Shown: in pieces, positions 1-9,282 of the stretch
How the letters are laid out: every line of letters begins with the position of its first letter
How positions within the stretch are numbered: position 1 is the stretch's first letter
DNA from: an uncultured delta proteobacterium
Lineage (GTDB): Bacteria; Desulfobacterota; RBG-13-43-22
DNA: 64,000 bases
NCBI GenBank assembly: GCA_963711835.1
Contig: CAVQFQ010000017.1
Location: 384,001-448,000 of the forward strand
Direction of reading: 5' to 3'
Program-made: the position numbers and the translations under genes
Notes under the pieces: model-generated
Seen by the model: the letters and a program-made list of their open reading frames with translations, nothing else
The model's database searches: none
Told to the model about the DNA's origin: nothing

Positions 1-510
1 ATGCAACAGGCTTCACTGAAAGGGGGCCTGGTCATGCTGCTGGCCATCGTCGGTTCCCCGCTCGGCGGTTTTCTGGCCGATAAATGGCTCAGAAAAAGGG
101 CCAATGCCCGCCTGCTGTTCAGTGCCCTTTCCTCTACTTTGACCGCCGTTATCTTTGTTTTGGCCTTTGGGTTGTTTTCCGGAGGCACGCAATACGTTCT
201 TTTCTTAATCGGAGGGGTGTCGGCTATTGCCTTTGCTTCTTCGGCCATCGCCGTCACCCAGGATGTGGTTCATCCGGGCGTCAGGGCCATTTCTTACAGT
301 ATTTGCGTTGTCGCCCAGAACCTGTTGGGTAGTTCTTTAGGGCCGGTCTTTACAGGATTTCTCTCGGACCGATTTGATATTAGAACAGCCCTGACCGTGG
401 TTTCCTTTTTTCCCATACTGGCCGGTATCTTCTTCTACATTGGATCCCGCTTTTACGAAAAAGACTTGGCTAAAGTGGAAAAAATCGCCGTCTGCCTGGA
501 GGAAGGCTAA
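1..510 (+). CDS. MFS transporter, C-terminal part (5' truncated by window edge)
   Basis: Several hydrophobic helices with MFS loop motifs GGFLADKW and GFLSDRF. Confidence 0.85.
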   Translation: MQQASLKGGLVMLLAIVGSPLGGFLADKWLRKRANARLLFSALSSTLTAVIFVLAFGLFSGGTQYVLFLIGGVSAIAFASSAIAVTQDVVHPGVRAISYSICVVAQNLLGSSLGPVFTGFLSDRFDIRTALTVVSFFPILAGIFFYIGSRFYEKDLAKVEKIAVCLEEG

Positions 511-633
511 CCAAAGGTATTCAAAATTTTTTTAAGGTCTGAAGAAATGGTGGTAGGGGGCCCCCCCCACCTGATTTTGGAAAGTTAGAGATAAATTCTC
601 AGACCAAAAGATGTAAGAATCTAAGGGAAGACC

Positions 634-1434
634 ATGTTTGCAGGAAAGGTGATTGCCGTAACCGGCGCTGCCAGCGGGATCGGGTTGGCCATTTGCAGGC
701 GCTTCGGCCGCGCAGGTGCCCGGATGGCCCTGATTGATCTGGACGAAGAGGGCCTCCGCCGCCAGGAGAAGGCCCTGCGTGAGGTGGGGATGGAGGCCGC
801 CGCCTTTCCCTGTGATGTAAGCAGCGAAGAGGAGTGCCGCCGCGCCATCCAGTCCGTCATGGACCTCTACGGGGGAATCGACATCCTGGTCAACAATGCC
901 GGGATCACCCAGCGGAGCGCCTTTATCCATACGGAAACCGCGGTCTATCACCAGGTTATGGCCATAAATTTTTTCGGCGCCCTGTACTGCACCCAGGCGG
1001 CCATACACAGTCTGATGGAGCGGAAGGGTGCCATCGTGATAACGTCCAGTCACGCCGGATATGCTCCGCTTCTGGGTCGGACGGCCTACAGCGCCAGCAA
1101 ACACGCCCTGCACGGTCTGTTTGAGAGCTTGAGGACCGAAATTCGGGATCAGGGCGTCCATATTATGATGGTCTGCCCCGGGTTCACTAAAACCAATCTC
1201 CAGGACCGGGCACTTGACGGAAACGGCGGGGTGACCCGCCATCCGCAATCGAAGGTGGGCCGCGAGGATACGCCGGAGCAGGTGGCCGAAAGAGTTTTTC
1301 AGGGCCTTATCAAGAAAAAGCGCCTGCTGCTGCTCACGCCGGTGGGGAAAATGACTTATTGGCTCAGCCGGCTGGCTCCGGGTCTTTTTGAGACGATCAT
1401 GGCCAACCAATTAAAAGAGGAACTGCGGCGTTAG
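634..1434 (+). CDS. Short-chain dehydrogenase/reductase
   Basis: TGAASGIG Rossmann motif, NNAG, catalytic YSASK. Confidence 0.93.
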   Translation: MFAGKVIAVTGAASGIGLAICRRFGRAGARMALIDLDEEGLRRQEKALREVGMEAAAFPCDVSSEEECRRAIQSVMDLYGGIDILVNNAGITQRSAFIHTETAVYHQVMAINFFGALYCTQAAIHSLMERKGAIVITSSHAGYAPLLGRTAYSASKHALHGLFESLRTEIRDQGVHIMMVCPGFTKTNLQDRALDGNGGVTRHPQSKVGREDTPEQVAERVFQGLIKKKRLLLLTPVGKMTYWLSRLAPGLFETIMANQLKEELRR

Positions 1435-1521
1435 CAGGAGATACGAAGGGGGCTCAGAAGGATCGAAATTTGTTTTTTTAAACATCTAAAGTGTTACAAA
1501 AATCCAAAGGAGGTCAAGGGA

Positions 1522-3243
1522 ATGGCAAAGATGACGCCTTCCGAAGCCCTGGTGGAGACACTGGCGGCCGAAGAAGTCAAGGTGGTTTTTGGAATTGTTG
1601 GCAGTGCTTTCATGGATGCCCTGGATTTGTTTCCGGCGGCCGGGATTCGTTTCGTTTCCGTGGCCCATGAACAGGCGGCGGCTCATGCCGCCGACGGTTT
1701 GGCCCGGGTGACCGGCAAGCCCCAAGTCTGCATCGCTCAAAACGGTCCCGGGGCGGCCAACTTTGTCTCAGCCATTACGGCGGCCTATTGGGCCCATTCT
1801 CCGGTAGTGGCCATTACCCCGGAAACCGGGAGCCTGGGCCTCGGGACCGGAGGTTTCCAGGAGCTGGATCAAATGCCCTGGTTTGCCGCCTGCACCAAAT
1901 ACCAGGTGCGGGTAAACCGTCCGGAACGGATGGCCGAACTGGCCCGGCGCTGCTTCTATATCGCCAAGGCGGAATCGGGTCCTACCCAGCTTAATATCCC
2001 CCGGGATTATTTTTATGGAACTATTGAAGCAGAGATTTTTAAGACCGCAGAGGTCTCCCGCGGTGCCGGGTCGGTTGACGGCCTTAAAAAGGCTGCTCAG
2101 ATGCTGGCCAAGGCCTCCTTCCCGGTTATCCTGGCCGGCGGGGGTGTTTCCCAAGGGGATGCTGTGGAAGAAACCAAGGCCCTTGCCGAAACGCTGACCG
2201 CACCGGTAGTCAACAGTTATCTTCATAATGACAGTTTTCCCGCCGACCATGAATTGTGTCTCGGTCCTATCGGCTACTGTGGCTCCAAGGCGGCCATGAG
2301 GACCCTGGCCCGGGCCGATGTGGTTCTGGCCCTGGGCTGTCGTTTAGGCCCTTTCGGCACCCTGCCGCAATACGGCTTGGACTATTGGCCTAAAGGGGCC
2401 AAGGTCATCCAGGTGGATCAGGATCATCGGGTTTTGGGTTTGAGCCGGCCGGTTCATCTGCCTGTGGCGGCGGATGCCGGGGAATTTGCCCGGCAGCTTC
2501 TCGGGATCCTGCGCAGGGAGAAAAAGGTCCGTCAACCGGTTCTCCAAAGATTGGCTGAGGTGCAAAAGGAACGGGAGGCCTGGCGCCGGGAGTTGAAGGG
2601 CTGGTCCGGAACGACACCCAAAAAAATGCATCCCCGCCGTTTCCTGGAAGAACTCTCCGCCGCCATCCCTAAAGGTTCAATTATCACTACCGATGTGGGG
2701 AATACCTGCTCCATGTGCAACAGCTATTTTGGGTTCAGCGGGCCCCGGCAGTATCTGGCCCCCCTTTCCTGGGGTAATTGCGGTATCGCCTACGGGGTAG
2801 CCTTAGGGGCAAAAACAGGGGCCCCGGATCGCCCGGTATTCGCCCTTCAGGGAGACGGCGCCTACGGCATCAGCGGGCTGAGCGAGGTGATGACCGCGGT
2901 GCGGGAAGAACTCCCGGTTATTGCGGTGGTTTTCAACAACAACCAATGGGGCGCTGAAAAGAAAAACCAGATCGATTATTATGATAACCGGTTTGTAGGG
3001 ACCAATTTGCGCAACCCGGACTTCGCCCGGATTGCCCGGGATATGGGGGCAGTCGGCTTTCGGGTGGAAAAACCCCAGGAGGTCAAGGCCGTGGTCAAGG
3101 CCGCCCTGAAATCTAAAAAGCCGGTGGTGATTGACGCGGTTATTGACGGTGCGGCCGAGGTCCTGGCCGAACCCTTTCGCCGCGATGCCCTAAAATTTCC
3201 GGTCCGGCATCTGCCGAAATACGCCCATTTGAATGCTAAATAA
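1522..3243 (+). CDS. xsc: Sulfoacetaldehyde acetyltransferase (ThDP-dependent)
   Basis: Xsc-like N-terminus (MTPSEALVETL..FGIVGSAFMDALDLFPAAGIRF), HEQ, ThDP motif GDGAYG...NN, C-terminal WGAEKKNQ and EPFRRDAL; RBS GGAGG. Confidence 0.85.
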   Translation: MAKMTPSEALVETLAAEEVKVVFGIVGSAFMDALDLFPAAGIRFVSVAHEQAAAHAADGLARVTGKPQVCIAQNGPGAANFVSAITAAYWAHSPVVAITPETGSLGLGTGGFQELDQMPWFAACTKYQVRVNRPERMAELARRCFYIAKAESGPTQLNIPRDYFYGTIEAEIFKTAEVSRGAGSVDGLKKAAQMLAKASFPVILAGGGVSQGDAVEETKALAETLTAPVVNSYLHNDSFPADHELCLGPIGYCGSKAAMRTLARADVVLALGCRLGPFGTLPQYGLDYWPKGAKVIQVDQDHRVLGLSRPVHLPVAADAGEFARQLLGILRREKKVRQPVLQRLAEVQKEREAWRRELKGWSGTTPKKMHPRRFLEELSAAIPKGSIITTDVGNTCSMCNSYFGFSGPRQYLAPLSWGNCGIAYGVALGAKTGAPDRPVFALQGDGAYGISGLSEVMTAVREELPVIAVVFNNNQWGAEKKNQIDYYDNRFVGTNLRNPDFARIARDMGAVGFRVEKPQEVKAVVKAALKSKKPVVIDAVIDGAAEVLAEPFRRDALKFPVRHLPKYAHLNAK

Positions 3244-3256
3244 AGGAGGCAGCTTG

Positions 3257-4045
3257 GTGAAAGAATCTGATGTGCTTTATACGGTAGATGGGGCCGTAGC
3301 CACCCTTTTTCTAAATCGGCCGGCGAATAAGAATGCCATCAGCCTGGATATGGTTCGGCTTTTACGCCGGTTCCTGATGGAGGCCCAACAAGACGAAGCC
3401 GTTAGAGGCATTATCTTGACTGGAAAGGGGGATGCTTTCTGTGCCGGCGGGGATGTGCGGGCTATGGCCGAAGGGAAGCTCCGCTCCTGGGATATGAAAA
3501 AATTTCTCTGGGAAGAGGTCCACCGGGTTATCTTAATGGTCGAGGAAATAGACAAACCGCTGATAGCGGCCGTGAATGGGGACGCCACGGGGGCCGGCAT
3601 GGGATTTAGCCTCATGTGCGACCTACGCGTCTGCTCCGAGCGGGCTCGTTTTGCCGAATCCTTTATCAAATTAGGATTAGTGGCCGGGGATGGCGATGCC
3701 TATTTTCTGCCCCGCTTGGTGGGCATCGGCAAGGCCCTGGAGCTCCTGCTGACCGGCGACCTGATTACGGCCGAGCAGGCCTTTCAATTGGGCATCGCAA
3801 CCAAGGTGGTTCCTCATGAACGGCTTATGGAGGAAACCAGGGTTTTGATGGAAAAAATCATTCGCAACCCGATTCAGGCCGTCCGGATGATGAAGCGGGC
3901 GGTCTATCAGGCCCAAACCGGCTCCTTGAGGGGCCATCTCGATTATATTTCCTCTCAGCTTTCTCTTTTAACCGAGACCGAGGATCACCTCGAAGCCGCC
4001 AGGGCCTTTCTGGAAAAAAGAAAGCCGGTTTTTAAAGGGAGATAA
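3257..4045 (+). CDS. Enoyl-CoA hydratase/isomerase family protein
   Basis: AFCAGGD oxyanion motif, PLIAAVNG, C-terminal AFLEKRKP; RBS GGAGG at 3245 favours GTG 3257 or TTG 3254. Confidence 0.9.
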   Translation: MKESDVLYTVDGAVATLFLNRPANKNAISLDMVRLLRRFLMEAQQDEAVRGIILTGKGDAFCAGGDVRAMAEGKLRSWDMKKFLWEEVHRVILMVEEIDKPLIAAVNGDATGAGMGFSLMCDLRVCSERARFAESFIKLGLVAGDGDAYFLPRLVGIGKALELLLTGDLITAEQAFQLGIATKVVPHERLMEETRVLMEKIIRNPIQAVRMMKRAVYQAQTGSLRGHLDYISSQLSLLTETEDHLEAARAFLEKRKPVFKGR

Positions 4046-4063
4046 GGGGCGGGGTAGCCTCCT

Positions 4064-4963
4064 TTACCGATCACTTCCCCAGCGAATAATCTTAGGGATA
4101 GTTTCAAGTTTGAGATTAATTCCTTGCTTTTTGGCCCATTCACGGCCGGCAGCGGCCAGCTCGGCATTCCCGCACCCATAAAAGTTTTCAGCCATCCGGA
4201 TATAGCCGTTTCGATCCAAGGCTTTCATTAGAACGGCCTCCGTCCCCGGTTCCCCCCGGCGAAGAAAAAAGGCATGAGCCCCGGCGACAATCTCCAAATT
4301 TTCCTTTTTTAAGGCTTCGATCAGGACCTCGGCAGCCTGCTTATCGTTGATCTCTCCCAAGGCGGCGGCTGCCCGACGCCGGACCAATCCTTTATCATCC
4401 TTGAGCGCGGCCATCAGGGGATCGACAGCCCGGTTGTCCCTGAGCTTGCCTAAGGCAATCGCGGCAGTCCGCCGGACTTCTTCCTTTTGATCCTTAAGGG
4501 TAAGAATTAGGGGTTCCACGGCCCGGGGGTCCATGAGCTTACCCAGCGCACTGGCGGCTTCGCTACGAACCTCGGCTTCCTTATCTTTTAAGGATTCAAT
4601 CAGAGGTCCTACAGCCCGGGAATCCTTAATCCTCCCCAGGGCACTCGCGGCCTTTCGGCGGACATAGCTTTCATTATCCTTGAGGGCAGCAATTAAAGGT
4701 TCGACAGCTTTGGGATCCTTAATGTCTCCCAAAGCGCTGGCCGCCCGGCGGCGGACATATCCTTTTTCATCCTTCAGGGCAGCGATAAGGGGTTCCACGG
4801 CCCGTGGATCCTTGATTTTGCCTAAAGCGCTGGCGGCATCGCTTCGGACAATCCAATTAGTATCTTTTAGATGCTGAATTAGCTGGCTGACATCTTTGGT
4901 CTGGGTTTCGGCATGGGCAGCGGTCCATTCAAGGAGCAGAAAAGAGAAAGCGATAAGCACCAT
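4064..4963 (-). CDS. Secreted HEAT/PBS-lyase repeat protein
   Basis: Signal-peptide-like N-terminus, about six 31-aa repeats of type [20 protein letters not shown]. Confidence 0.88.
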   Translation of the reverse strand: MVLIAFSFLLLEWTAAHAETQTKDVSQLIQHLKDTNWIVRSDAASALGKIKDPRAVEPLIAALKDEKGYVRRRAASALGDIKDPKAVEPLIAALKDNESYVRRKAASALGRIKDSRAVGPLIESLKDKEAEVRSEAASALGKLMDPRAVEPLILTLKDQKEEVRRTAAIALGKLRDNRAVDPLMAALKDDKGLVRRRAAAALGEINDKQAAEVLIEALKKENLEIVAGAHAFFLRRGEPGTEAVLMKALDRNGYIRMAENFYGCGNAELAAAGREWAKKQGINLKLETIPKIIRWGSDR

Positions 4964-5040
4964 TATCTCTACCCGTAAAAATCTTTCTTATTACGTTACC
5001 GTTAAGGCGCTTCATCATTGTATCTCTTCTTTCTATTTTT

Positions 5041-6036
5041 TTAAGGTTTCAAGGAAGTGGGATTCAGGGCCTTTTCCCCGGTATCAGTCTTGGGAATAAC
5101 CAATTGATAGTTGACCTCACCTGTGGCCGAGACCATTTGAACCGTAAGTTCATTCTCTTTAACCAGGAGATAGGCAAACCCCAGTTGGTCCGCAACATAG
5201 AGGGTGCGAGGCCCTCTTTCTAATTCGGGACGGAGCTTGCCGGCCGACCCGGAAATGACCAAGGGAAGTCCACAGTCGGCTTTAAGAACCTGTTGATTAT
5301 GCTCATGGGCGGAAAGATAGAGGTCAGCCCGCCCGCAGAGAATGGGCAGAATATCGGCTATCATAAAATCGGTGTCGCCGTGGTAGCCGTAAGAATGGAT
5401 GGGTTTGTGTCCCATGACCACGTTCCAGCGGGCTTTTGATTTATCCAGTTCATCCCGGAGCCAGCTTGCCTGGGTCGTGGAGGTGGGGATAGAATTGGTG
5501 TTGAGGGCTAAAATTTTTAGTTCCCCGAACGTTACGGAATAGACATCCGAAGGCATCCGCCAGATCTTCGATTTTTTGGTGTACTCAATCTGGGCCTTCC
5601 AATTATACAGGGCTCCTCTACGTCCCCAATCGTGTTCCCCCAGGATGGCAAAAATGGGAATGCCCAGCCCGGCATAGGGTTTTTCAAATTTCTCAATAAA
5701 CTGAGGATCATCGGCAGACTGTACCCCGGCCGGATGAATATTGTCTCCAAGCATAAGTGCCAGATGGCATTCATGTTTAGCGCAGAAATTCCGCATACCC
5801 AGAGCAACTTTCATCTGGTCCTCATCGCCTGTTCCGCTATCTCCAAAGATGAGGATTCGAATCCCTCCGGCCTTCAATTCTCCGGCGGAAACCTGGAGGG
5901 GAACATCCCGGGGGATCACAAGGGCAGCGGGCGGCTCCTCGACGAGGTCGTAGGAAAGGGTAACCGCCGCCTCCAGGACTGGACACCAGGCCAGCAGGGA
6001 AACTAGGGCAGGTAAGATCACTATAAGACGTCGCAA
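5041..6036 (-). CDS. Secreted metallophosphoesterase, purple acid phosphatase/TRAP-like with variant ligands
   Basis: Motifs GDSG, GDNIH, GEHD, VMGH, AHEH in calcineurin-like order; signal peptide. Confidence 0.8.
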   Translation of the reverse strand: MRRLIVILPALVSLLAWCPVLEAAVTLSYDLVEEPPAALVIPRDVPLQVSAGELKAGGIRILIFGDSGTGDEDQMKVALGMRNFCAKHECHLALMLGDNIHPAGVQSADDPQFIEKFEKPYAGLGIPIFAILGEHDWGRRGALYNWKAQIEYTKKSKIWRMPSDVYSVTFGELKILALNTNSIPTSTTQASWLRDELDKSKARWNVVMGHKPIHSYGYHGDTDFMIADILPILCGRADLYLSAHEHNQQVLKADCGLPLVISGSAGKLRPELERGPRTLYVADQLGFAYLLVKENELTVQMVSATGEVNYQLVIPKTDTGEKALNPTSLKP

Positions 6037-6086
6037 ATGATGAAACCTTTCTTTGGAAATCGGCTCTTACTTTTTTAACGAGAATA

Positions 6087-6121
6087 GAAGGCAGGCCCTT
6101 TTTTTTACGGGGCCTGCCTTC
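6087..6121. terminator. Perfect 12-bp stem-loop, possible terminator or mRNA-stabilising hairpin
   Basis: gaaggcaggccc (6087-6098) / gggcctgccttc (6110-6121), downstream of the Lys-rich ORF. Confidence 0.55.
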
Positions 6122-6144
6122 CAATGACCCAATCAGAAGGTTGA

Positions 6145-6360
6145 TTAGACAAAGAGCGTCCCGGCTTTCTGGACAGAAGCAAAAATTGGCCCGTTATCTG
6201 ATTTCTTTTTCTTTTTCTTCTTTTTTTTGTCCTTGTCTTTCTTGGCTACTTGAGTGTAAGCGCTTATCTTCCCCTCTTGGGTGATATTTCCGCCGAATAC
6301 TGCCGGCGAGGTAGACAAACCAAAAAGAAGGGCTATCATCAAGGCTGCCAGTTTTTTCAT
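6145..6360 (-). CDS. Small secreted Lys-rich hypothetical protein
   Basis: Strong RBS (AGGAGGTG), MKK+hydrophobic signal peptide, poly-Lys run. Confidence 0.6.
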   Translation of the reverse strand: MKKLAALMIALLFGLSTSPAVFGGNITQEGKISAYTQVAKKDKDKKKKKKKKKSDNGPIFASVQKAGTLFV

Positions 6361-6414
6361 CTCAATCACCTCCTTTCTTTTGCGACATTATGATAAGGAA
6401 ACGACCTAACGGCT

Positions 6415-6612
6415 TTAATTACTTTTTGGCTTGGTCTCGACGGCGTTAGTTCCCTGGTTTTCCTCGCCGTCGGGCTTTTCTTCCATGGCCTTTTTAAAAG
6501 AGTGTATGGATTGCCCCAGACTCTTCCCCAAATCCGGGAGGGCCTTGGCCCCGAAGACCAAAAAAGCAATCACCAGAATAATTATGAGTTCTTGGGTACC
6601 GATACCAAACAT
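6415..6612 (-). CDS. tatA: Twin-arginine translocase subunit TatA/E
   Basis: MFGIGTQELIIILVIAFLVFGAKALPDLGKSLGQSIHSFKKA; RBS GGAGGTG. Confidence 0.92.
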   Translation of the reverse strand: MFGIGTQELIIILVIAFLVFGAKALPDLGKSLGQSIHSFKKAMEEKPDGEENQGTNAVETKPKSN

Positions 6613-6662
6613 GGCTTTCACCTCCTTTTATTCAGGCAGGGTAAAAAAAGGTATCGGACGTC

Positions 6663-6980
6663 CTAACAGAGAAGAGGAGAATTTTGTCGCTCGAGAGGAG
6701 AGGGGAGAAAAAATAGATGTGGAAGGTTTTCAAAAAGGTTAACCAAAGGCATAACGAAAAGGATGGCGGACCCGACCAGGTGTAGGGAGTTTTTATGGCT
6801 TCCCTGGAGATCTTCCTGATTGGGATTTTCAAAAGATAGATTTGTGGCCAGAAAGTCAGCTTCCATCAAATTGTAGTAATCAAGGTAGATGGAAAGGCCC
6901 AGGAACAGAAAGGAGACCGCACCAATCAACAGGATTCGCCTGACTTTAGATGCGCTCCTGATTTTCATACTCAACATCAT
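6663..6980 (-). CDS. Hypothetical single-TM protein heading the tatA operon
   Basis: N-terminal TM segment, acidic middle, ends PLLC; sigma70-like promoter upstream. Confidence 0.55.
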   Translation of the reverse strand: MMLSMKIRSASKVRRILLIGAVSFLFLGLSIYLDYYNLMEADFLATNLSFENPNQEDLQGSHKNSLHLVGSAILFVMPLVNLFENLPHLFFLPSPLERQNSPLLC

Positions 6981-7071
6981 TAATGGATCACCGTTTAGCG
7001 GCTATTCAGAAAAGTAATCTCTTAAAGTTAGGGCAAACCCAACCTAAAGCCTAACTTCCGCACCTTTTTTA

Positions 7072-7099
7072 ATTTTAATGCAATTATTTTATCTGTCAA
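7072..7099 (-). promoter_or_regulatory. Sigma70-like promoter
   Basis: TTGACA-N16-TAAAAT on minus strand. Confidence 0.5.
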
Positions 7100-7176
7100 T
7101 CTATAAAAAATTCTCGGTCAACCCCTCGGTCTCGCTGACAAGGTACTGGAATTAGGTATAGATTCAAATGAGTGCG

Positions 7177-8883
7177 TTAGGCCGATTCGATAGCTTTAAT
7201 ACGAAGTTGCAGGAGAGAATCGCCTCCCCGGTGCGAGACGGTGGGAATATAGGCCAGATCGATCAGATCTCCGGGTTCCATTTCCATCTCCCCCATTCCA
7301 AATCCGATTCCGTTTAGGATTACCCCCTTTTGTTCCAGGCGCAGGCGGAGATGGCCGTTCCCAACCAGCCGCCGATCCCTGATACGGACTCCCCGGGTGG
7401 CCAAGACCGGCTCCGGATTCCCAGCCCCGAAGGGGGCCAGGTTGGGCAGGTAAGGAACCACCTCCCTCCTCAAATCCGGGAAGTCCATTTCTCCCTCGAT
7501 AGACAGAGCCGGCCTGAGGGTTGTTTCGGGTAGCGACCCGGCCGCCAATTCTTCAAAGGCCTTTTCAAACAAAGGCAGATCTTTGGCCTTGAGGGTAACT
7601 CCGGCGGCAGCAGCATGGCCTCCGAATTTGAGGAGAAGGTTTTCCAGGGCCTCTAATCCTTTGACCAAATGGAAGCCTTCGATACTCCGTCCCGAGCCGT
7701 GGGCCAGTTCTCCCTCGATGGCAAAAACGAAGGCCGGCCGGGACCAACCCTCCACCAACCTGGAAGCTACAATACCCAAAACGCCCCGGTGCCAGTTTTC
7801 CGACCCGAAAACCAGACTCCTTTTGGAAGCGGTCGCCGGTTGGAGCTGGAAATGGTTTTCGATTTCCTTGAGAATGGCCTTTTCCATTTCCTGGCGCCGG
7901 GTGTTTTCCTGGTGCATCAATTGGGCTATTCGGCGGGCTTCCTCCCGGTCGTTGCTGAAAAACAATTCGACCCCTGCCGCAGCCGACTGCAGCCGTCCCA
8001 AGGCGTTGATCCGGGGCGCGAGACGGAAGGAAACATCATAGGAAGAAACCGGTTCCCCGGATTGTAAGCCGCTGACCTCCTTCAGGGCCGCCAGGCCGGT
8101 TCGCAGACCTTTGGTCATTTCCGCAAGCCCCTCCCGGACCAGGATTCTATTGGCTCCGATCAAGGGAACCATGTCGGCCAAGGTCCCCAGGGCCGCCAGA
8201 TCCAGATACGGTCTTAAATTGGGTTTCCCTTGGGCGAAAAGACCCTGTTGGTCCAGGGCCTGGCGAAGGGCAATAACCAGATAAAGGGCCACCCCAACTC
8301 CGGCCAACTCCTTGAAAGGGAAGGAACAGCCCTCCTGCCTGGGGTTAATAACAGCCAGGGCCGGTGGGGGGCCTTGGCGGGGAATTTGATGATGATCGGT
8401 AACGATTACTTCCAGGCCCAGTTGCCGGGCAAAGGCGATCTCGTGGTGATTGGAGATCCCGCAATCCACCGTTATGATCAGAGAAACTCCCTGCTCTTTG
8501 AGCTCTGAAATCCCGCTTAGGGAAAGGCCGTAACCTTCCCTGGTTCGATGGGGCAGGTAGAAGGTAGTATCCGGAGAAAGGGGCTTCAGGAAGTGAAGCA
8601 GCAGGGCCGTAGCCGTGATCCCATCGGCATCATAATCGCCGAAAACGGCCATGCGTTCCTTTCCCTGAATAGCCCGGCTGATGCGGGCAACCGCTTTTTC
8701 CATATCCTTTATCAGCCCGGGAGGAGGCAGGTTGGAGAGGGAGGGAGAAAGAAATTCCCGGGCTTGATCCAAATCCTTTATGCCCCGATTGAGCAGAAGC
8801 CGGGTCACTTGAAGAGGAAGGTTGAGTTGCCTGCTCAGGTCTTCCGCCTGGTCAGGGTCAGGAGTTAAGAGGTTCCATTTCAT
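7177..8883 (-). CDS. recJ: ssDNA-specific exonuclease RecJ
   Basis: GDYDADG, TVDCG, TDHH, GTLAD, APRINA, GSGRS and GGHAAAAG motifs. Confidence 0.97.
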   Translation of the reverse strand: MKWNLLTPDPDQAEDLSRQLNLPLQVTRLLLNRGIKDLDQAREFLSPSLSNLPPPGLIKDMEKAVARISRAIQGKERMAVFGDYDADGITATALLLHFLKPLSPDTTFYLPHRTREGYGLSLSGISELKEQGVSLIITVDCGISNHHEIAFARQLGLEVIVTDHHQIPRQGPPPALAVINPRQEGCSFPFKELAGVGVALYLVIALRQALDQQGLFAQGKPNLRPYLDLAALGTLADMVPLIGANRILVREGLAEMTKGLRTGLAALKEVSGLQSGEPVSSYDVSFRLAPRINALGRLQSAAAGVELFFSNDREEARRIAQLMHQENTRRQEMEKAILKEIENHFQLQPATASKRSLVFGSENWHRGVLGIVASRLVEGWSRPAFVFAIEGELAHGSGRSIEGFHLVKGLEALENLLLKFGGHAAAAGVTLKAKDLPLFEKAFEELAAGSLPETTLRPALSIEGEMDFPDLRREVVPYLPNLAPFGAGNPEPVLATRGVRIRDRRLVGNGHLRLRLEQKGVILNGIGFGMGEMEMEPGDLIDLAYIPTVSHRGGDSLLQLRIKAIESA

Positions 8884-9040
8884 GCAGGCAACTTAACCCA
8901 GGACCGGGCTCCGATCAAGGGGATTCTGTTTTTCCGTTGTCAATTCCCGCCGGTTTAAGTATAATTCCGGGTATGAAGGGTTTTTCTTAATATTAACTGT
9001 CTTATAATTGTATTTCCATGGTGGGGCTGCCTTTTCTTTA

Positions 9041-9190
9041 GTCTGTGGCTCTCGGGCTGGTCTTTTCCTCGGACTTATCAACGGGGGATACTTTACCCCC
9101 TCCGCATTCCCGCCCGCTATAACTCAGCGGTCGAGCTGCGGTTTCCCCCATTGATAAATCCGAAAAAGACGGCGCCCTTCCGCCAATGAC
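9041..9190. repeat. Long imperfect palindrome (~150 nt) between divergent recJ and selA
   Basis: gtcttttcctcggacttatcaacggggga pairs with tcccccattgataaatccgaaaaagac; inner ccgca/tgcgg and ccgct/agcgg stems. Confidence 0.7.
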
Positions 9191-9282
9191 CTCAGAAAAA
9201 ACAGCCCCACCGTTTCGGTTAATGTTTAGACTATTTTGAGACTGTTAATAACTACTTGCCAATAGGACTAATCCAAGCGTCC

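Noticed and set aside
7034-7060. gggcaaacc resembling the start of a c-di-GMP-I riboswitch
   Set aside because: The GAAA-capped P2 and GACGCAAAG elements are absent and it is antisense to the downstream operon
9108-9185. Possible tRNA-Sec next to selA (D-arm-like ctcagcggtcgagc and 3' cttccgcca)
   Set aside because: No TCA anticodon arm, no T-loop and no matching 5' acceptor strand
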